Shown: positions 8,377 through 18,450 of the stretch, piece after piece
Layout of the letters: each line of letters starts with the position of its first letter
Numbering within the stretch: position 1 is the stretch's first letter
Assembly: GCA_049967655.1 (NCBI GenBank)
Contig: JBMFSH010000003.1
Coordinates: forward strand, 1 to 64,000
DNA from: Acidobacteriota bacterium
Lineage (GTDB): Bacteria; Acidobacteriota; UBA4820; DSQY01
DNA length: 64,000 bases
Direction of reading: 5' to 3'
Translations under genes and position numbers: made by a program
The notes under the pieces: model-generated
What the model saw: the letters and a program-made list of their open reading frames with translations, nothing else
The model's database searches: none
What the model was told of the DNA's origin: nothing

Positions 8377-8868
8377 ATGGGACGTGAGACCAGAAAGAGG
8401 CAGGGCAGCCCGAGGGGAACCAGGGAGGCGTGCGCCCGGCAGATCCTGGAGGTCGTTCCTCAGGCCATGTGGCTCGTGCGGCGGGAGATGCGCGAGGTGG
8501 CGGGCCGTGGGCTTTCCGTGCCCCAGCTCCGCGTGCTCGCCTTTCTCAGTCGATCCCCCGGCGCCTCCCTGTCGGCGGTGGCCGACCTGGACGGCGTGGC
8601 CGACGCCACGGCCTCGGCCATGGTGGAGCGGCTGGTGCGCCGGGGGCTCGTGATCCGGCAGGCCGATCCTCAGGAGCGGAGGCGCGTCAAGCTGTCGCTC
8701 ACGGAGGAGGGAGCGACCCTGCTCGAAGGGGCCCGCGCCCACGCCCGGGGGAGCGTGGCCGAACGCCTGCGCGGCTTCACCGATGAGGAGCTGGGGGCCC
8801 TGGCCGACGGCCTCCGGCTGCTCCGCGAACTGCTCGACCCGGCGAGGCAGCAAGAGGGTCAATCATGA
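8377..8868 (+). CDS. MarR family transcriptional regulator
   Basis: LSVPQLRVLAFL, TASAMVERLVRRGLV, DPQERRRVKLSLTEEG. Confidence 0.9.
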   Translation: MGRETRKRQGSPRGTREACARQILEVVPQAMWLVRREMREVAGRGLSVPQLRVLAFLSRSPGASLSAVADLDGVADATASAMVERLVRRGLVIRQADPQERRRVKLSLTEEGATLLEGARAHARGSVAERLRGFTDEELGALADGLRLLRELLDPARQQEGQS

Positions 8869-9716
8869 CGGAGAGGCCCGAGCAGCCGACGCCCGACCCC
8901 CATTCATCAGCCGGAACCCCTCTCGCCGTCATCGCGACCGATGGTTTGACGCGGGCCTTCGGCGCCCTCCTGGCGGTGGACGGCCTGACCCTCTCGGTTC
9001 CGCAAGGGAGCCTCTTCGGCCTCGTGGGACCGAACGGCGCGGGCAAGAGCACGACCCTCAAGATGCTCACGACCCTGCTCCCGCCGACCAGGGGTTCGGC
9101 CCGGGTGGCAGGCTTCGACGTGGCGAGGCGCCCCAGGGAGGTGCGGAGCCGCATCGGCTATGTTCCGCAGCTCCTCTCCGCCGACGGCGGCCTCACGGGC
9201 TACGAAAACCTGATGGTCTTCGCCAGGCTCTACAACGTCCCGCGCGGCGAGCGCCGGGAGCGCATCCGCCTGGGGCTGGAGATGATGGGCCTGAAGGAGG
9301 CGGCGAACACCCTCGTCAAGCGGTACTCGGGCGGCATGATCCGGAGGCTGGAGATCGCTCAGGCGGTCCTCCACAGGCCATCCGTCCTCTTTCTCGACGA
9401 GCCGACGGTGGGCCTCGACCCGGTGGCGCGGCGCGCCGTGTGGGAGCACGTTCGCGAGCTGCGAGACCGCTTCAACACCACGGTGCTGCTCACCACACAC
9501 TACATGGAGGAGGCGGACGAGCTCTGCGACGGAGTGGCCATCATGCACCTGGGCCGGGTGGCCGCCCTGGGCTCTCCCTCCGATTTGAAGAGGCAGGTGG
9601 GGGAGGGCGCCACGCTGGACGACGCCTTCGTCCACTTTACGGGAAACACCATCGAAACGGGAGGGACATACCGTGACGCCGCGCGAACGCGCCGAACGGC
9701 CCGACGCCTCGGCTGA
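8865..9716 (+). CDS. ABC transporter ATP-binding protein (DrrA-like)
   Basis: GPNGAGKST, YSGGMIRRLEIA, LFLDEPTVGLD, TTHYMEEA. Confidence 0.95.
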   Translation: MTERPEQPTPDPHSSAGTPLAVIATDGLTRAFGALLAVDGLTLSVPQGSLFGLVGPNGAGKSTTLKMLTTLLPPTRGSARVAGFDVARRPREVRSRIGYVPQLLSADGGLTGYENLMVFARLYNVPRGERRERIRLGLEMMGLKEAANTLVKRYSGGMIRRLEIAQAVLHRPSVLFLDEPTVGLDPVARRAVWEHVRELRDRFNTTVLLTTHYMEEADELCDGVAIMHLGRVAALGSPSDLKRQVGEGATLDDAFVHFTGNTIETGGTYRDAARTRRTARRLG

Positions 9717-10560
9717 CGTGGCTCGCGCCGGTGCGGGCCCGGGGAGGCACACGGCGGGGAGCGGCCTGGCGGCCCTCCTGGCCCGGTCCGTCCGGGACTT
9801 CAGCCGGCAGGTCCTGACCATCGCTTGGGCGGAGACGCGGAAGCTCCGCCGCGACCCCACCGAGCTCTTCACGCGCGCCGTGCAGCCGGCCCTGTGGCTC
9901 GGGGTGTTCGGTGTCGTGATGGCGAGGACGCGGGCCATCCCCACGGGCTCCGTCGGCTACCTCGACTTCATGGTGCCGGGGATCCTGGCCCAGAGCGTGC
10001 TCTTCGTCGCCATCTTCTACGGCATCCAGCTCATCTGGGAGCGGGATCTCGGCATCCTGCACAAGTTCTTGGCAAGCCCGGCCTTCCGGAGCGCCCTCGT
10101 GACCGGCAAGGCGGCTTCGGCCGGCGTGCGGGCCATCGCCCAGGCCGTGATCGTCGTCGTGCTGGGCCTCCTCATGGGGGCCCACCTGCGGCTCTCGCCG
10201 GGAGCCTTGGCCGGGGTGCTGATCTTCATCGTGCTGGGGGCGGCGGTCTTCTCCACCTTTTCTCTGGTGATCGCGTGCCTGGTCAAGACCCGCGAGCGAT
10301 TCATGGGGATCGGCCAGGTGCTCACCATGCCCCTCTTCTTCGCCAGCAACGCCATCTACCCTCTCAGCCTCATGCCGCGCTGGCTGCAGCTCCTCTCCCG
10401 CGGCAACCCCCTCACCTACCAGGTGGACGCCCTGCGGGCCCTCATGATCAGGGGCGGAGCGAGCACCATGGGGCTCGGCGTGGATTTCGCCGTGGAGGCG
10501 GGGGTCCTGATCGCGCTGATCCTCGTCGCCGCCCGGCTCTATCCCTCGGCCGTCAACTAG
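9673..10560 (+). CDS. ABC-2 type permease (DrrB-like); start may instead be GTG 9718
   Basis: YLDFMVPGIL, WERDLG, FFASNAIYP, NPLTYQVDALR. Confidence 0.9.
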   Translation: MTPRERAERPDASADVARAGAGPGRHTAGSGLAALLARSVRDFSRQVLTIAWAETRKLRRDPTELFTRAVQPALWLGVFGVVMARTRAIPTGSVGYLDFMVPGILAQSVLFVAIFYGIQLIWERDLGILHKFLASPAFRSALVTGKAASAGVRAIAQAVIVVVLGLLMGAHLRLSPGALAGVLIFIVLGAAVFSTFSLVIACLVKTRERFMGIGQVLTMPLFFASNAIYPLSLMPRWLQLLSRGNPLTYQVDALRALMIRGGASTMGLGVDFAVEAGVLIALILVAARLYPSAVN

Positions 10561-10566
10561 CGGACC

Positions 10567-12120
10567 ATGGGCAACAACGGCGAAGCCAACCGAGGGATGA
10601 TCACCGTGGCCACCATGCTGGCCTCCATGATGCAGGCCGTGGACACCTCCGTGGCCAACGTGGCCCTGCCGCACATGCAGGGGAGCTTTTCGGCCAGCGT
10701 GGACGAAATCACGTGGGTCATCACCTCCTATCTCGTGGCCAACGCCATCGTCGTGCCGATCACGGGCTGGCTGGGGAACTTCTTCGGAAGGCGCCGCATC
10801 TACCTGCTCAGCGTGGTGGCCTTCACCCTCGCCTCCCTGGGCAGCGGCGCGGCCCCGAACCTCACCTTCATGGTCGTCATGCGGGTGCTCCAGGGGCTCT
10901 CGGGGGGGATCATCGTCCCCATGAGCCAGGCCATCTTGCTGGAGGCCTTCCCGCCCCGGGAGCGGGGCCGCGCCCTCTCCTATTTCGGTGTCGGGGTGGT
11001 TTTCGGCCCCATCATCGGCCCCATCCTCGGCGGCTGGATCACCGACAACTGGGGCTGGCGCTGGATCTTCTACATCAACATCCCGCTCGGAGTGCTGGCG
11101 GTGGTGCTCGCTCTCCTCTTCGTGCGGGACCCGGACTACATCCGCAAGCCTGAGGGGCGGGCGGACCTGTGGAGCTTCCTCTTCATCGTGCTTGGGCTGG
11201 GAGGGCTCGAGGTGGTGCTCAGCCGGGGCGAGCGGCTCGACTGGTTCAAGAGCCACTTCATCCAGGTCGCGGCCTTCGTGGCCGTATTCGGCATCGCCCT
11301 GCTCATCTGGCGCTCCTTCACGCACGACCACCCGCTGCTGGACCTGTCGGTTTTGAAGAACAAGGAGTTCGCGGCGGGCGTGTCGCTCTCCTTCTTCCAG
11401 TACTTCGTCCTCTACGCGACCCTTCTCCTGATTCCTCTCTACGTCCAGAACCTGCTCGGCTACACGGCCACCTGGGCGGGGCTCATCCTCGCCCCCGGCG
11501 GGGTGGCCTCGCTCCTCGCCATGATCGTCGCCGGCCGAATCGTGCACCGCATTGACGTGCGGTGGATCCTGCTCGCCGGAGTGGCCTGCATGCTGGGAGC
11601 CCTGCGAATGCTCTGGGACGTCGATCTGGCCTCGACCTTCGGATACCTGGCCGGGGCGCGTTTCCTGCAGGGCTTTGGTGCTGGATTCCTCTTCATCTCC
11701 GTGGCCGCCGCCGCCTACAGCACCATGCCCGCCGAGAAGATGGGACAGTCCACGGGCCTCTACAACCTCGTCCGCAACGAGGCCGGCTCCATCGGGATCG
11801 CCCTCTCCTCAACGCTTCTGGCCACGCGGGCGCAGTTCCACCAGTCTCGGCTCGTGGAGCGCCTCGACGCCTTCAACCCGATCTACGCCGATCGCCTTCA
11901 GAAGGTGGGCCGGACGATGCAGCCCATCGCCGGCCTGGACCCCCACTCGGTCAAATCCCTCTCCGTCGGCCTGCTCTTCCGCCAGGTCCAGGTGCAGGCG
12001 TCGGTCATGGCCTACGTGGACGTCTTCGCCCTCATGACCCTGGTCCTGCTGTTCTTCCTGCCCCTCATCCCCCTCCTGAGAGCCGGCGGGGCCAGGGCGT
12101 TGCCCCCCGCGGCCGAATGA
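10567..12120 (+). CDS. DHA2 (EmrB/QacA) MFS efflux permease
   Basis: VDTSVANVALPHM, WVITSYLVANAI, GPIIGPILGGWITDNWGWRWIFYINIP. Confidence 0.92.
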   Translation: MGNNGEANRGMITVATMLASMMQAVDTSVANVALPHMQGSFSASVDEITWVITSYLVANAIVVPITGWLGNFFGRRRIYLLSVVAFTLASLGSGAAPNLTFMVVMRVLQGLSGGIIVPMSQAILLEAFPPRERGRALSYFGVGVVFGPIIGPILGGWITDNWGWRWIFYINIPLGVLAVVLALLFVRDPDYIRKPEGRADLWSFLFIVLGLGGLEVVLSRGERLDWFKSHFIQVAAFVAVFGIALLIWRSFTHDHPLLDLSVLKNKEFAAGVSLSFFQYFVLYATLLLIPLYVQNLLGYTATWAGLILAPGGVASLLAMIVAGRIVHRIDVRWILLAGVACMLGALRMLWDVDLASTFGYLAGARFLQGFGAGFLFISVAAAAYSTMPAEKMGQSTGLYNLVRNEAGSIGIALSSTLLATRAQFHQSRLVERLDAFNPIYADRLQKVGRTMQPIAGLDPHSVKSLSVGLLFRQVQVQASVMAYVDVFALMTLVLLFFLPLIPLLRAGGARALPPAAE

Positions 12121-12215
12121 GTCCGGCGGGTGGCGGAGGAAGCATCGGGCCGGGAGGCGGCACATCGGCCTCCCGATCGCCTGCCGATGGCTGAAGTGGA
12201 GAAGCGGCCGCGGTC

Positions 12216-13064
12216 CTAAGGATGAAAGAACTCGGCGAGCGCGGCGGCCATGCCGGGCTCCCGGTGGGGGTCGGAATGTCCGCGGCCGGGCAGGAGCCAG
12301 AGGCGGGCCCTGCCCGCCGCCGCGGCTTCGAGCCGCCGGGCGTGAGAGAGGGGGATCACGGAATCGGCCGCTCCGTGGATGAGCAGGAACCGGGCGGAGG
12401 TGCGGCCGATGTGGCGTTCCGGGGCGATATCGCGAAAGTGCAGGCCGATGCGCCTCTCCACCATGCGAAAGGCCAGCGGAAGGCCCGGCCCGAGAATCCA
12501 CCACCAGCGGCCGAGGGTGGCCCTGGGGTCGGCGGGCGTCGCGAAGGCGCCCACCGTGGCCACGGCCTGGATGCGCTCGTCGTGGGCCGCCGCGTGAATG
12601 GCCGCGGACCCTCCCACCGACAGGCCCAGCACGCCGACCCCCTGGATCTCGGGCCGCCTGCGCCGGACCTCGTCGACGGCCGCCCGGATGTCCTCGGAGA
12701 ACTTCGGCATGGAGGCGTAGCCGTCCGTGTCCGACTCCCCGTGGTGGCGCGCGTCGAAGGCGAGGAGGTCGTAGCCCGCCGGGTGCAGCATCTGGATGTA
12801 GGGGAGCATGCGCGCGGCGTTGCGGCCCCAGCCATGGACGAGCACGAGGACGGGCGCCGCCTCCCCGTTGTCCGAGGGAATCCACCAGCCGTGAAGGCTC
12901 TTCCCTCCGGCGGTGGGAAAGCGTACGGTCTCGAAGGTGAGGCCCAGAGAGGAGGGGTCCCGCTCGTTCTTCGCGCGCGGATTGCGCCAGCCGAGGCGCA
13001 CGACGAGCAGAACGAGGGCCTGGTAGAGGATGGCCCCGGCGGCGATCCAGAGGAGCCACCTCAC
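12216..13064 (-). CDS. Membrane-anchored alpha/beta hydrolase
   Basis: N-terminal TM helix, VHGWG, FDARHHGES, GLSVGG nucleophile elbow, IHGAADSVIP, GRGH. Confidence 0.88.
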   Translation of the reverse strand: MRWLLWIAAGAILYQALVLLVVRLGWRNPRAKNERDPSSLGLTFETVRFPTAGGKSLHGWWIPSDNGEAAPVLVLVHGWGRNAARMLPYIQMLHPAGYDLLAFDARHHGESDTDGYASMPKFSEDIRAAVDEVRRRRPEIQGVGVLGLSVGGSAAIHAAAHDERIQAVATVGAFATPADPRATLGRWWWILGPGLPLAFRMVERRIGLHFRDIAPERHIGRTSARFLLIHGAADSVIPLSHARRLEAAAAGRARLWLLPGRGHSDPHREPGMAAALAEFFHP

Positions 13065-13131
13065 GAAAAAGGCCTCGCCGGGCCTGCGTCAGCCTTCGGC
13101 TGGGGTCCCTGGGCCGCGTTTCCGCGCGTTG

Positions 13132-13323
13132 TCATCCCGGCTTCTTCACCTTTTCCAGGAATCGGAGGTGGTGCTCGGAACCCTCCCGGACCATCGTAGC
13201 ACCGCACTGGGGGCATTTGGTTTCCATGCACCGTGTGCCAGCCTGGTGGGGGACCTTGGTGCCGCACTTGAGGCAGATGCAGGCTCCCGAAGGGCCGCCG
13301 CCGCGTTTGTGTAGCTCTTTCAT
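13132..13323 (-). CDS. Small Cys-rich zinc-ribbon/ferredoxin-like protein
   Basis: GPSGACICLKCG..HQAGTRCMETKCPQCGATMVR; RBS aaggag. Confidence 0.8.
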   Translation of the reverse strand: MKELHKRGGGPSGACICLKCGTKVPHQAGTRCMETKCPQCGATMVREGSEHHLRFLEKVKKPG

Positions 13324-13430
13324 CGGGGGCTCCTTATTGGGGGCAAGGGACAGGGGACAGGGGCGGAGAGACGGGAGGCCCGCGGGTGGGGTCGCCCGCA
13401 CTTCCACCTCTCCGTCCCTCGCCTGTCCGC

Positions 13431-13808
13431 TCAGTCTTCTTCTCCGTGATCCCCGCAGTGGTGCAGGTGGCCGCCGCTGCACGGTTCGCCTGTGGCGGCG
13501 AGGGTCCCCGCAAGGAAGTCCTTCACCACCGTTTCGGGGTTGTTGCCGGCCACGCCGGCCACCACCCGAATGCCGTAGTGCTCGAACATCTGGACCGCCC
13601 TTGGTCCCATGCCGCCCGCCAGGATGACGTCGGCGCCCTGTTCGCGGAGCCAGCGCGGGAAGGCTCCCCGCTCGTGTTCCGGGGCTGGGGAAAAGGTCTG
13701 GGACAGGATGGTCCGGTTGCTTTCGTCCACCTCGAAGAGCCCGAAGGCTTCCGCGCCGCCGAAGTGGTCCGAGAACTGTCCCTGAACGATGGGTATGGCA
13801 ATCTTCAT
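13431..13808 (-). CDS. NifB/NifX (dinitrogenase FeMo-co binding / orange protein) family protein
   Basis: MKIAIPI..FSDHFGGA, GADVILAGGMGPRA, C-terminal Cys/His tail. Confidence 0.9.
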   Translation of the reverse strand: MKIAIPIVQGQFSDHFGGAEAFGLFEVDESNRTILSQTFSPAPEHERGAFPRWLREQGADVILAGGMGPRAVQMFEHYGIRVVAGVAGNNPETVVKDFLAGTLAATGEPCSGGHLHHCGDHGEED

Positions 13809-13840
13809 TTTGAGCTCCTCCTTGGGTGTCGTATGACTTC

Positions 13841-14875
13841 CTACTGTCCGATGAGACACAATCCGTATCCCGCAGCCAGTCCGGCTGCGAAGGTAATGGC
13901 CTTGACCTTCAGGAATTCCCGCCAGGATTCGGCGAGCAGAGGGAGCATGCCGTGGCCGTCCTGGACCACGGAAGAGGCCACCAGGGCGGAGAGGGGAAGA
14001 AGCCCCTGCGCGTAGCCGACGACGAAGAGCATGTGGGGGCCCGATTCCGGCAGAATGCCGATGAGGGCCGCGGCCAAAACTGCCCAACCCGGATGGGTCT
14101 GGATCCAGTTCTGCAGTGGCCCGCCCTGCACCTGGATCCAGGCCATCACGAACAGGGCTCCCAACGTCCATGCGAAGACGCGGGGCACGTGCTCGCGGGC
14201 CACGTGGTGGTAAAGGTGCTCCTCCAGAAAGTGGTCGGGTGCGAGGAAGACCAGCGTGAACGCGACGGCCGCGGCCAGAAGCAAGGTCACGCGGACCCAG
14301 TTCCACTCGCCCGGTCCCACGGCTCCGAAGGCCACGCCCAGGGCGAAGAGACCGAGGGCGACGCAGAGAACGGCCCTCGGGAAGGAACACTCCCGGAAGG
14401 AGGAGCGAACAGCCAGGCGGGGACGCTCCTCTTCGCGCGAGTGAACGGCCAGCCCCGTTTCGCACCGGCTCCCGCCATAACAGCGCCGGCCGTTGACCCT
14501 GTCCACCACAAAGGCAAGGGCGAGGCCGTAGAGGAAGAGCCCCGCGAACAGCAGGAGCGCGGTTTTCGGCATGAGCGCCAGCATGACGAAGGCCTCGTCA
14601 CCCGAGGCGGCCACCATGCTCCCGGCGAGGGCGCCGAGGGAGATGACCCGGTGAATGTAGAGCGTCACGTCGGTGAAGGCCCCCAGGCAGCCCGGGAAGG
14701 TGCCCACGAGGACCACGGCCGCGTAGCCCAGGAGGCCCTGTTTTTCGAGCCACCGCGCCGCCAGTCCCGCCGTGGCCACGTTGAGGTACTCCACGAGGAG
14801 CATGATGGCGAAGACGAAGCCGGTAATCATGAGGGCGTCAGCGAGGACCCCCTTCAGGATGGGCAGGAGGGTCAT
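13841..14875 (-). CDS. Putative metal (manganese) transporter-like membrane protein
   Basis: Multi-TM; PGCLG, ASGDEAFVM, HFLEEHLYHH, GILPESGPH, SSVVQDGHGMLPLLA. Confidence 0.75.
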   Translation of the reverse strand: MTLLPILKGVLADALMITGFVFAIMLLVEYLNVATAGLAARWLEKQGLLGYAAVVLVGTFPGCLGAFTDVTLYIHRVISLGALAGSMVAASGDEAFVMLALMPKTALLLFAGLFLYGLALAFVVDRVNGRRCYGGSRCETGLAVHSREEERPRLAVRSSFRECSFPRAVLCVALGLFALGVAFGAVGPGEWNWVRVTLLLAAAVAFTLVFLAPDHFLEEHLYHHVAREHVPRVFAWTLGALFVMAWIQVQGGPLQNWIQTHPGWAVLAAALIGILPESGPHMLFVVGYAQGLLPLSALVASSVVQDGHGMLPLLAESWREFLKVKAITFAAGLAAGYGLCLIGQ

Positions 14876-15858
14876 GGGGCGCCTCCCTGGACCTGATAGA
14901 AGCGCCGCTGGCCGTGCATTCGGCTTCCGACGCGGCCGACGGCCTCCAGGACGGCGAGGGCCTTGACCACCTCGTTGGGGGCCGCGCCGAGGCCGGCGGC
15001 GGCGTCCTCCACCGTGCAGGGGCGCCTGGATAGGAGCTCCAGGAGCCCCTTCTGAAGGTCCTCCTCTCCACGGACCCGGGCGGATCGAGCGGGGGTGAAA
15101 TCGGCCATGACCTCGGCGGCGGGGGTGAAGAGAGCACGCATCTTTTCAAGGCGCTCCCGCCGCACTATGGCCTCGGGGCCGAGTGCGGAGGGTCGCACGG
15201 GGGTGTTGAGGTGGATGCGGTCGGGCCGGATGCGGCGGGCCTGCTCGGCGATGAGGCGCAGGCGAGGCTCCCGGTCCGTGAATCCTGCCAGCACCATGAC
15301 CTCCAGCCAGATGGGGCCGGCGTATTCACGGCGGAAGGCCTCAAGGCCCGCCACCACCGACTCAAGGGTGAGGCTTTCATGGGGCCGGTTGACGGTCCGG
15401 AAAAACTCCTCGTCTCCCGCGTCCAGGCTGGGGAGGACCCGGTCGGCCAGGGCCGCCTCGCGGCGGAGGGCCGGATCGCCGAAGAGGGCACCGTTGGTCA
15501 GCAGCACCACGGGGAGGTTGGTGATGGCCTTCAGGGCTTGGATCAGCTCGCCCAGGGGCGTATAAAGCGTGGGCTCCCCGGAACCGGCCAGGGTGATGAC
15601 GTCTGGGCGCGGCCCGCGTTCCAGGGCGCGCCGCACCTCCTCCACGAGCCCTTCGACCGGGAAGAAGGCCTCCCGTTGCGTCGTGAGGCGCCGGGTGGAA
15701 CCGAGCTGACAGTAAATGCAGTCGTAGGGGCAGGCCTTGAAGGGGACGAGGTCCACACCGAGGCTGAGGCCGAGGCGGCGGCTCGGAACGGGGCCGTAGA
15801 CGCGGCGTCGCCCTGCCGAAGCCTTCGCGGGGTGCTTGCCGGGGAGCGGTCGGGTCAT
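14872..15858 (-). CDS. Radical SAM protein (COG0731-like) with C-terminal HTH
   Basis: VYGPVPSRRLGLSLGVDL, CPYDCIYC, GSGEPTL, LLTNG. Confidence 0.9.
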   Translation of the reverse strand: MTRPLPGKHPAKASAGRRRVYGPVPSRRLGLSLGVDLVPFKACPYDCIYCQLGSTRRLTTQREAFFPVEGLVEEVRRALERGPRPDVITLAGSGEPTLYTPLGELIQALKAITNLPVVLLTNGALFGDPALRREAALADRVLPSLDAGDEEFFRTVNRPHESLTLESVVAGLEAFRREYAGPIWLEVMVLAGFTDREPRLRLIAEQARRIRPDRIHLNTPVRPSALGPEAIVRRERLEKMRALFTPAAEVMADFTPARSARVRGEEDLQKGLLELLSRRPCTVEDAAAGLGAAPNEVVKALAVLEAVGRVGSRMHGQRRFYQVQGGAP

Positions 15859-16499
15859 GGGGAGTCGCCTCCTTCCGCGGCCGCGCCTCTGTGAAGCAGG
15901 GCCCGATCCTGGAGATGCCCGGTGGAGCGGTCCAGCAGGCGGAAGCCGAGCCCCTCCAGGAACTGCAAGGCCCGGGCCATGGTGACGGCCCCTCGCGGGT
16001 GGATGTGCCCCTCCTCCGAGTGGATGCGCTCGACCAGGGCAAAGCCCTCCTCCGAGAAATCGGCCAGCACCAGGCGCCCGGAGGGTTTGAGGAGGCGGGC
16101 CATCTCGCGAAGGACGGGTTCGCCCGATTCGAAGTGGTGCAGTGCGTCCATGCAGGCCACCACGTCGAAGCGGCCGTCTGGGTAGGGGAGGCTCGATGCG
16201 TCGGCCCGATCGAAGGCGATCCGGCCGTCCACGTCCGCCTTGCGCGCCAGCACCGCCGCCAAAGCCTGTTCGTCTGGATCAACGTCCACCGAGGTGACGT
16301 GGAAGTCCCGCCGGGCCAGGGCGACGGCCAGCAGACCCTTGCCCGTTCCCACGTCGAGGCCCCGGCCTGGCCCCGTCCCCGCCGCTTCGGCCACGAAGGC
16401 CGCCGCGGCGAATCGGTCGTGGCCGTGGCCCAGGTATTGGGCCGTGCGCTTCCAAAATCGCTCCTGTCGAGAAGCGAGTTCATCCGCGGAAAGCGTCAT
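15855..16499 (-). CDS. Class I SAM-dependent methyltransferase
   Basis: LDVGTGKG, DASSLPYPDGRFD, EMARLLKPSG. Confidence 0.88.
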   Translation of the reverse strand: MTLSADELASRQERFWKRTAQYLGHGHDRFAAAAFVAEAAGTGPGRGLDVGTGKGLLAVALARRDFHVTSVDVDPDEQALAAVLARKADVDGRIAFDRADASSLPYPDGRFDVVACMDALHHFESGEPVLREMARLLKPSGRLVLADFSEEGFALVERIHSEEGHIHPRGAVTMARALQFLEGLGFRLLDRSTGHLQDRALLHRGAAAEGGDSP

Positions 16500-17181
16500 G
16501 GTGTTCTCCCTCGGTGCTTTTTTGGAGGGGCTCCCGGTTCGCGCGCTTGGCCGCGGCCAGGACCACGAAGGCGCCCTCTCCGTACCCCGGCTTCACCGGG
16601 TCCGTTTCCCGCATGGAGTCCAGCGGACCGAAGAGCGTCTGGACTATGGCGGGCGCCGAAAATCCCCGCCGCATGAGCGCCGCCACCACCTCCGGAACGC
16701 TCCAGAACAGGGCCTCCCCGTAGAATCGGCTCTCGCCCCTCCGCTCCGCGTAGCGCCTTCCCAGCTCGCTGCGGGCATCCACGAAGCCCGCCACGAAGAG
16801 GCCCGAGGGCTTCAGGACGCGCCTGCACTCGTCGAGGGCGCGATCGGGGTCATCCAGGAAGCAGAGCGTGGTGACCATCAGCAGAGCGTCGAACCGCTCG
16901 TCTCCGAAGGGAAGGGCCTCGGCCACACCGTCGAGAGCCTCGATGCCCCTGTGTCCCGCCATGGCTCGCATGGCCGCCGAGGGCTCCACGCCCCAGCGGA
17001 TTCCCAGCGCCTCGGCGAAGCGGCCCGTCCCGACGCCCACTTCGAGGCCCTCGCACGCCGCCGGCCAGAACCGGCGCACGGCCTCCACCTCCGATTGGAA
17101 GGCCCAGGGGTAGACGTCGAACCAGGCGTCGTAGGCCGCGGCAAAGCGCTCGAAGGGCTCGATCTTGGGCATGGCTCGCAT
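16480..17181 (-). CDS. Class I SAM-dependent methyltransferase
   Basis: YDAWF, GLEVGVGTGRFA, AEALPF, VTTLCFLDDP, RVLKPSG. Confidence 0.88.
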   Translation of the reverse strand: MRAMPKIEPFERFAAAYDAWFDVYPWAFQSEVEAVRRFWPAACEGLEVGVGTGRFAEALGIRWGVEPSAAMRAMAGHRGIEALDGVAEALPFGDERFDALLMVTTLCFLDDPDRALDECRRVLKPSGLFVAGFVDARSELGRRYAERRGESRFYGEALFWSVPEVVAALMRRGFSAPAIVQTLFGPLDSMRETDPVKPGYGEGAFVVLAAAKRANREPLQKSTEGEHHDAFRG

Positions 17182-17279
17182 CTCTCCCCATCGCTTTCGA
17201 TCCGGCGTGCGGAGGGGAGGCGAGAACTGTCCCCCCTCCGTCTCCGGGCCGCGCCCGGCACCCGCCGGCCGTTGTCGTG

Positions 17280-17987
17280 TCAGAAGGCGTTCTCCACCTT
17301 CCACTGCTTCCAGACCTTGCCTGCCAGATCGGGGCTGGGCGTCAGGGTGGGCCTGCCCGGCTGCCAGCCCGAGGGGGTCACCTCGTCCGTTGCCCGCACG
17401 TGCTGGAAGGCCTTCACCTGGCGGATCAGCTCCGTCACGTTGCGCCCCACGGGCGGGGTGAGGACCTCCATCGCCTGGATGATGCCGTCGGGGTCTATGA
17501 TGAAGCGCCCGCGGATGTCCACTCCCGCCGCCTCGTCGTAGATCCCGTAGATCCTGCCGATGGCTCCCGTCTGGTCGGAGAGCATGGGGAAGGGCACGCC
17601 GCCCGGGACCATCTTGGAGAGCTCCTCCTCCTGCCAGATCTTGTGGCTGAAGCGGCTGTCCGTGGAGACCGAGAGCACCTGCACCCCCAGCTTCGTCAGC
17701 TCACCGTACTGGGCGGCGACCGCCGCCAATTCGGTGGGTCAGACGAAGGTGAAATCGCCCGGATAAAAGCAGAGCAGGATCCACTTGCCTTTGAAGTCGG
17801 AGAGCTTGAAGTTCTTGAAGCCTCCGTCCAGATACCCGCTGGCCTCGAAGTCCGGCGCCACCTGTCCCACTCTCGCCACCATAGTCTTTCCTCCTTTTTC
17901 GCGGTCCTCCGCCGGACTTGCCTCCGGCTGTGCCGGGAGAATGGGCCCCCCGGCCGGTTGCACGCATCCGTCTTTCGCCTTGGCCAT
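17280..17987 (-). CDS. prxU: Selenocysteine-containing peroxiredoxin (AhpC/PrxU type); UGA=Sec at 17739-17741
   Basis: [15 protein letters not shown] puts the stop codon at the peroxidatic Cys position; the frame continues to a full Prx fold; hairpin follows the UGA. Confidence 0.9.
17702..17736 (-). promoter_or_regulatory. Putative bacterial SECIS hairpin
   Basis: mRNA CACCG-AAUU-GGCGGC-GGUC-GCCGCC-CAGUA-CGGUG just 3' of the UGA. Confidence 0.65.
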
Positions 17988-17997
17988 GCTTTTCTCC

Positions 17998-18351
17998 TCA
18001 GTAAGCGTGGGTTCCCAGCACCACCTTGATTCCGAATTTCCCTTCCAGCAAGGCCTTGGTGGCCTCGAAGTCGATGGGACAGGCGGCCGTCTCCATGGCC
18101 AGCTTGGCGCAGGTGCCGAAGTGGAGGACCTCGATCTTTTCGTCCAAGCGGCTGAGCACCTCGTTGAGCAGCTTGACCCTGGGCACGAGGACACCCGGGC
18201 AGTCGCCGCAGTCAGTCATGGCCACGAGCTGGATGTCGTCGTAGTCTTGAAAAGCCGCGTTCTTCTCGTACATGGCCTTGTAGCACTTGGCGCAGGCGAT
18301 GCACGAGTAGTCCTTCACCTTCTTGCAGTAGAGAATCGCGATCTTGGCCAT
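17998..18351 (-). CDS. CGGC domain protein
   Basis: [34 protein letters not shown]. Confidence 0.85.
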   Translation of the reverse strand: MAKIAILYCKKVKDYSCIACAKCYKAMYEKNAAFQDYDDIQLVAMTDCGDCPGVLVPRVKLLNEVLSRLDEKIEVLHFGTCAKLAMETAACPIDFEATKALLEGKFGIKVVLGTHAY

Positions 18352-18450
18352 GACACCCCCCTTGGGACGCAAAACGTGAGACGCAAAGCGCGAGACGCCC
18401 GATTATGGCAAGTATCCTCACTCTCTCTCCTCATTTCCTCATCACGGCCC

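Noticed and set aside
13431..13808. Nitrogen fixation gene (nifX/nifB)
   Set aside because: No nifHDK/ENB nearby; the context is orp-like
17280..18194. Two separate ORFs or an ahpC pseudogene, as in the ORF track
   Set aside because: The stop lies exactly at the catalytic Cys and is followed by a SECIS-like hairpin; one selenoprotein explains it better
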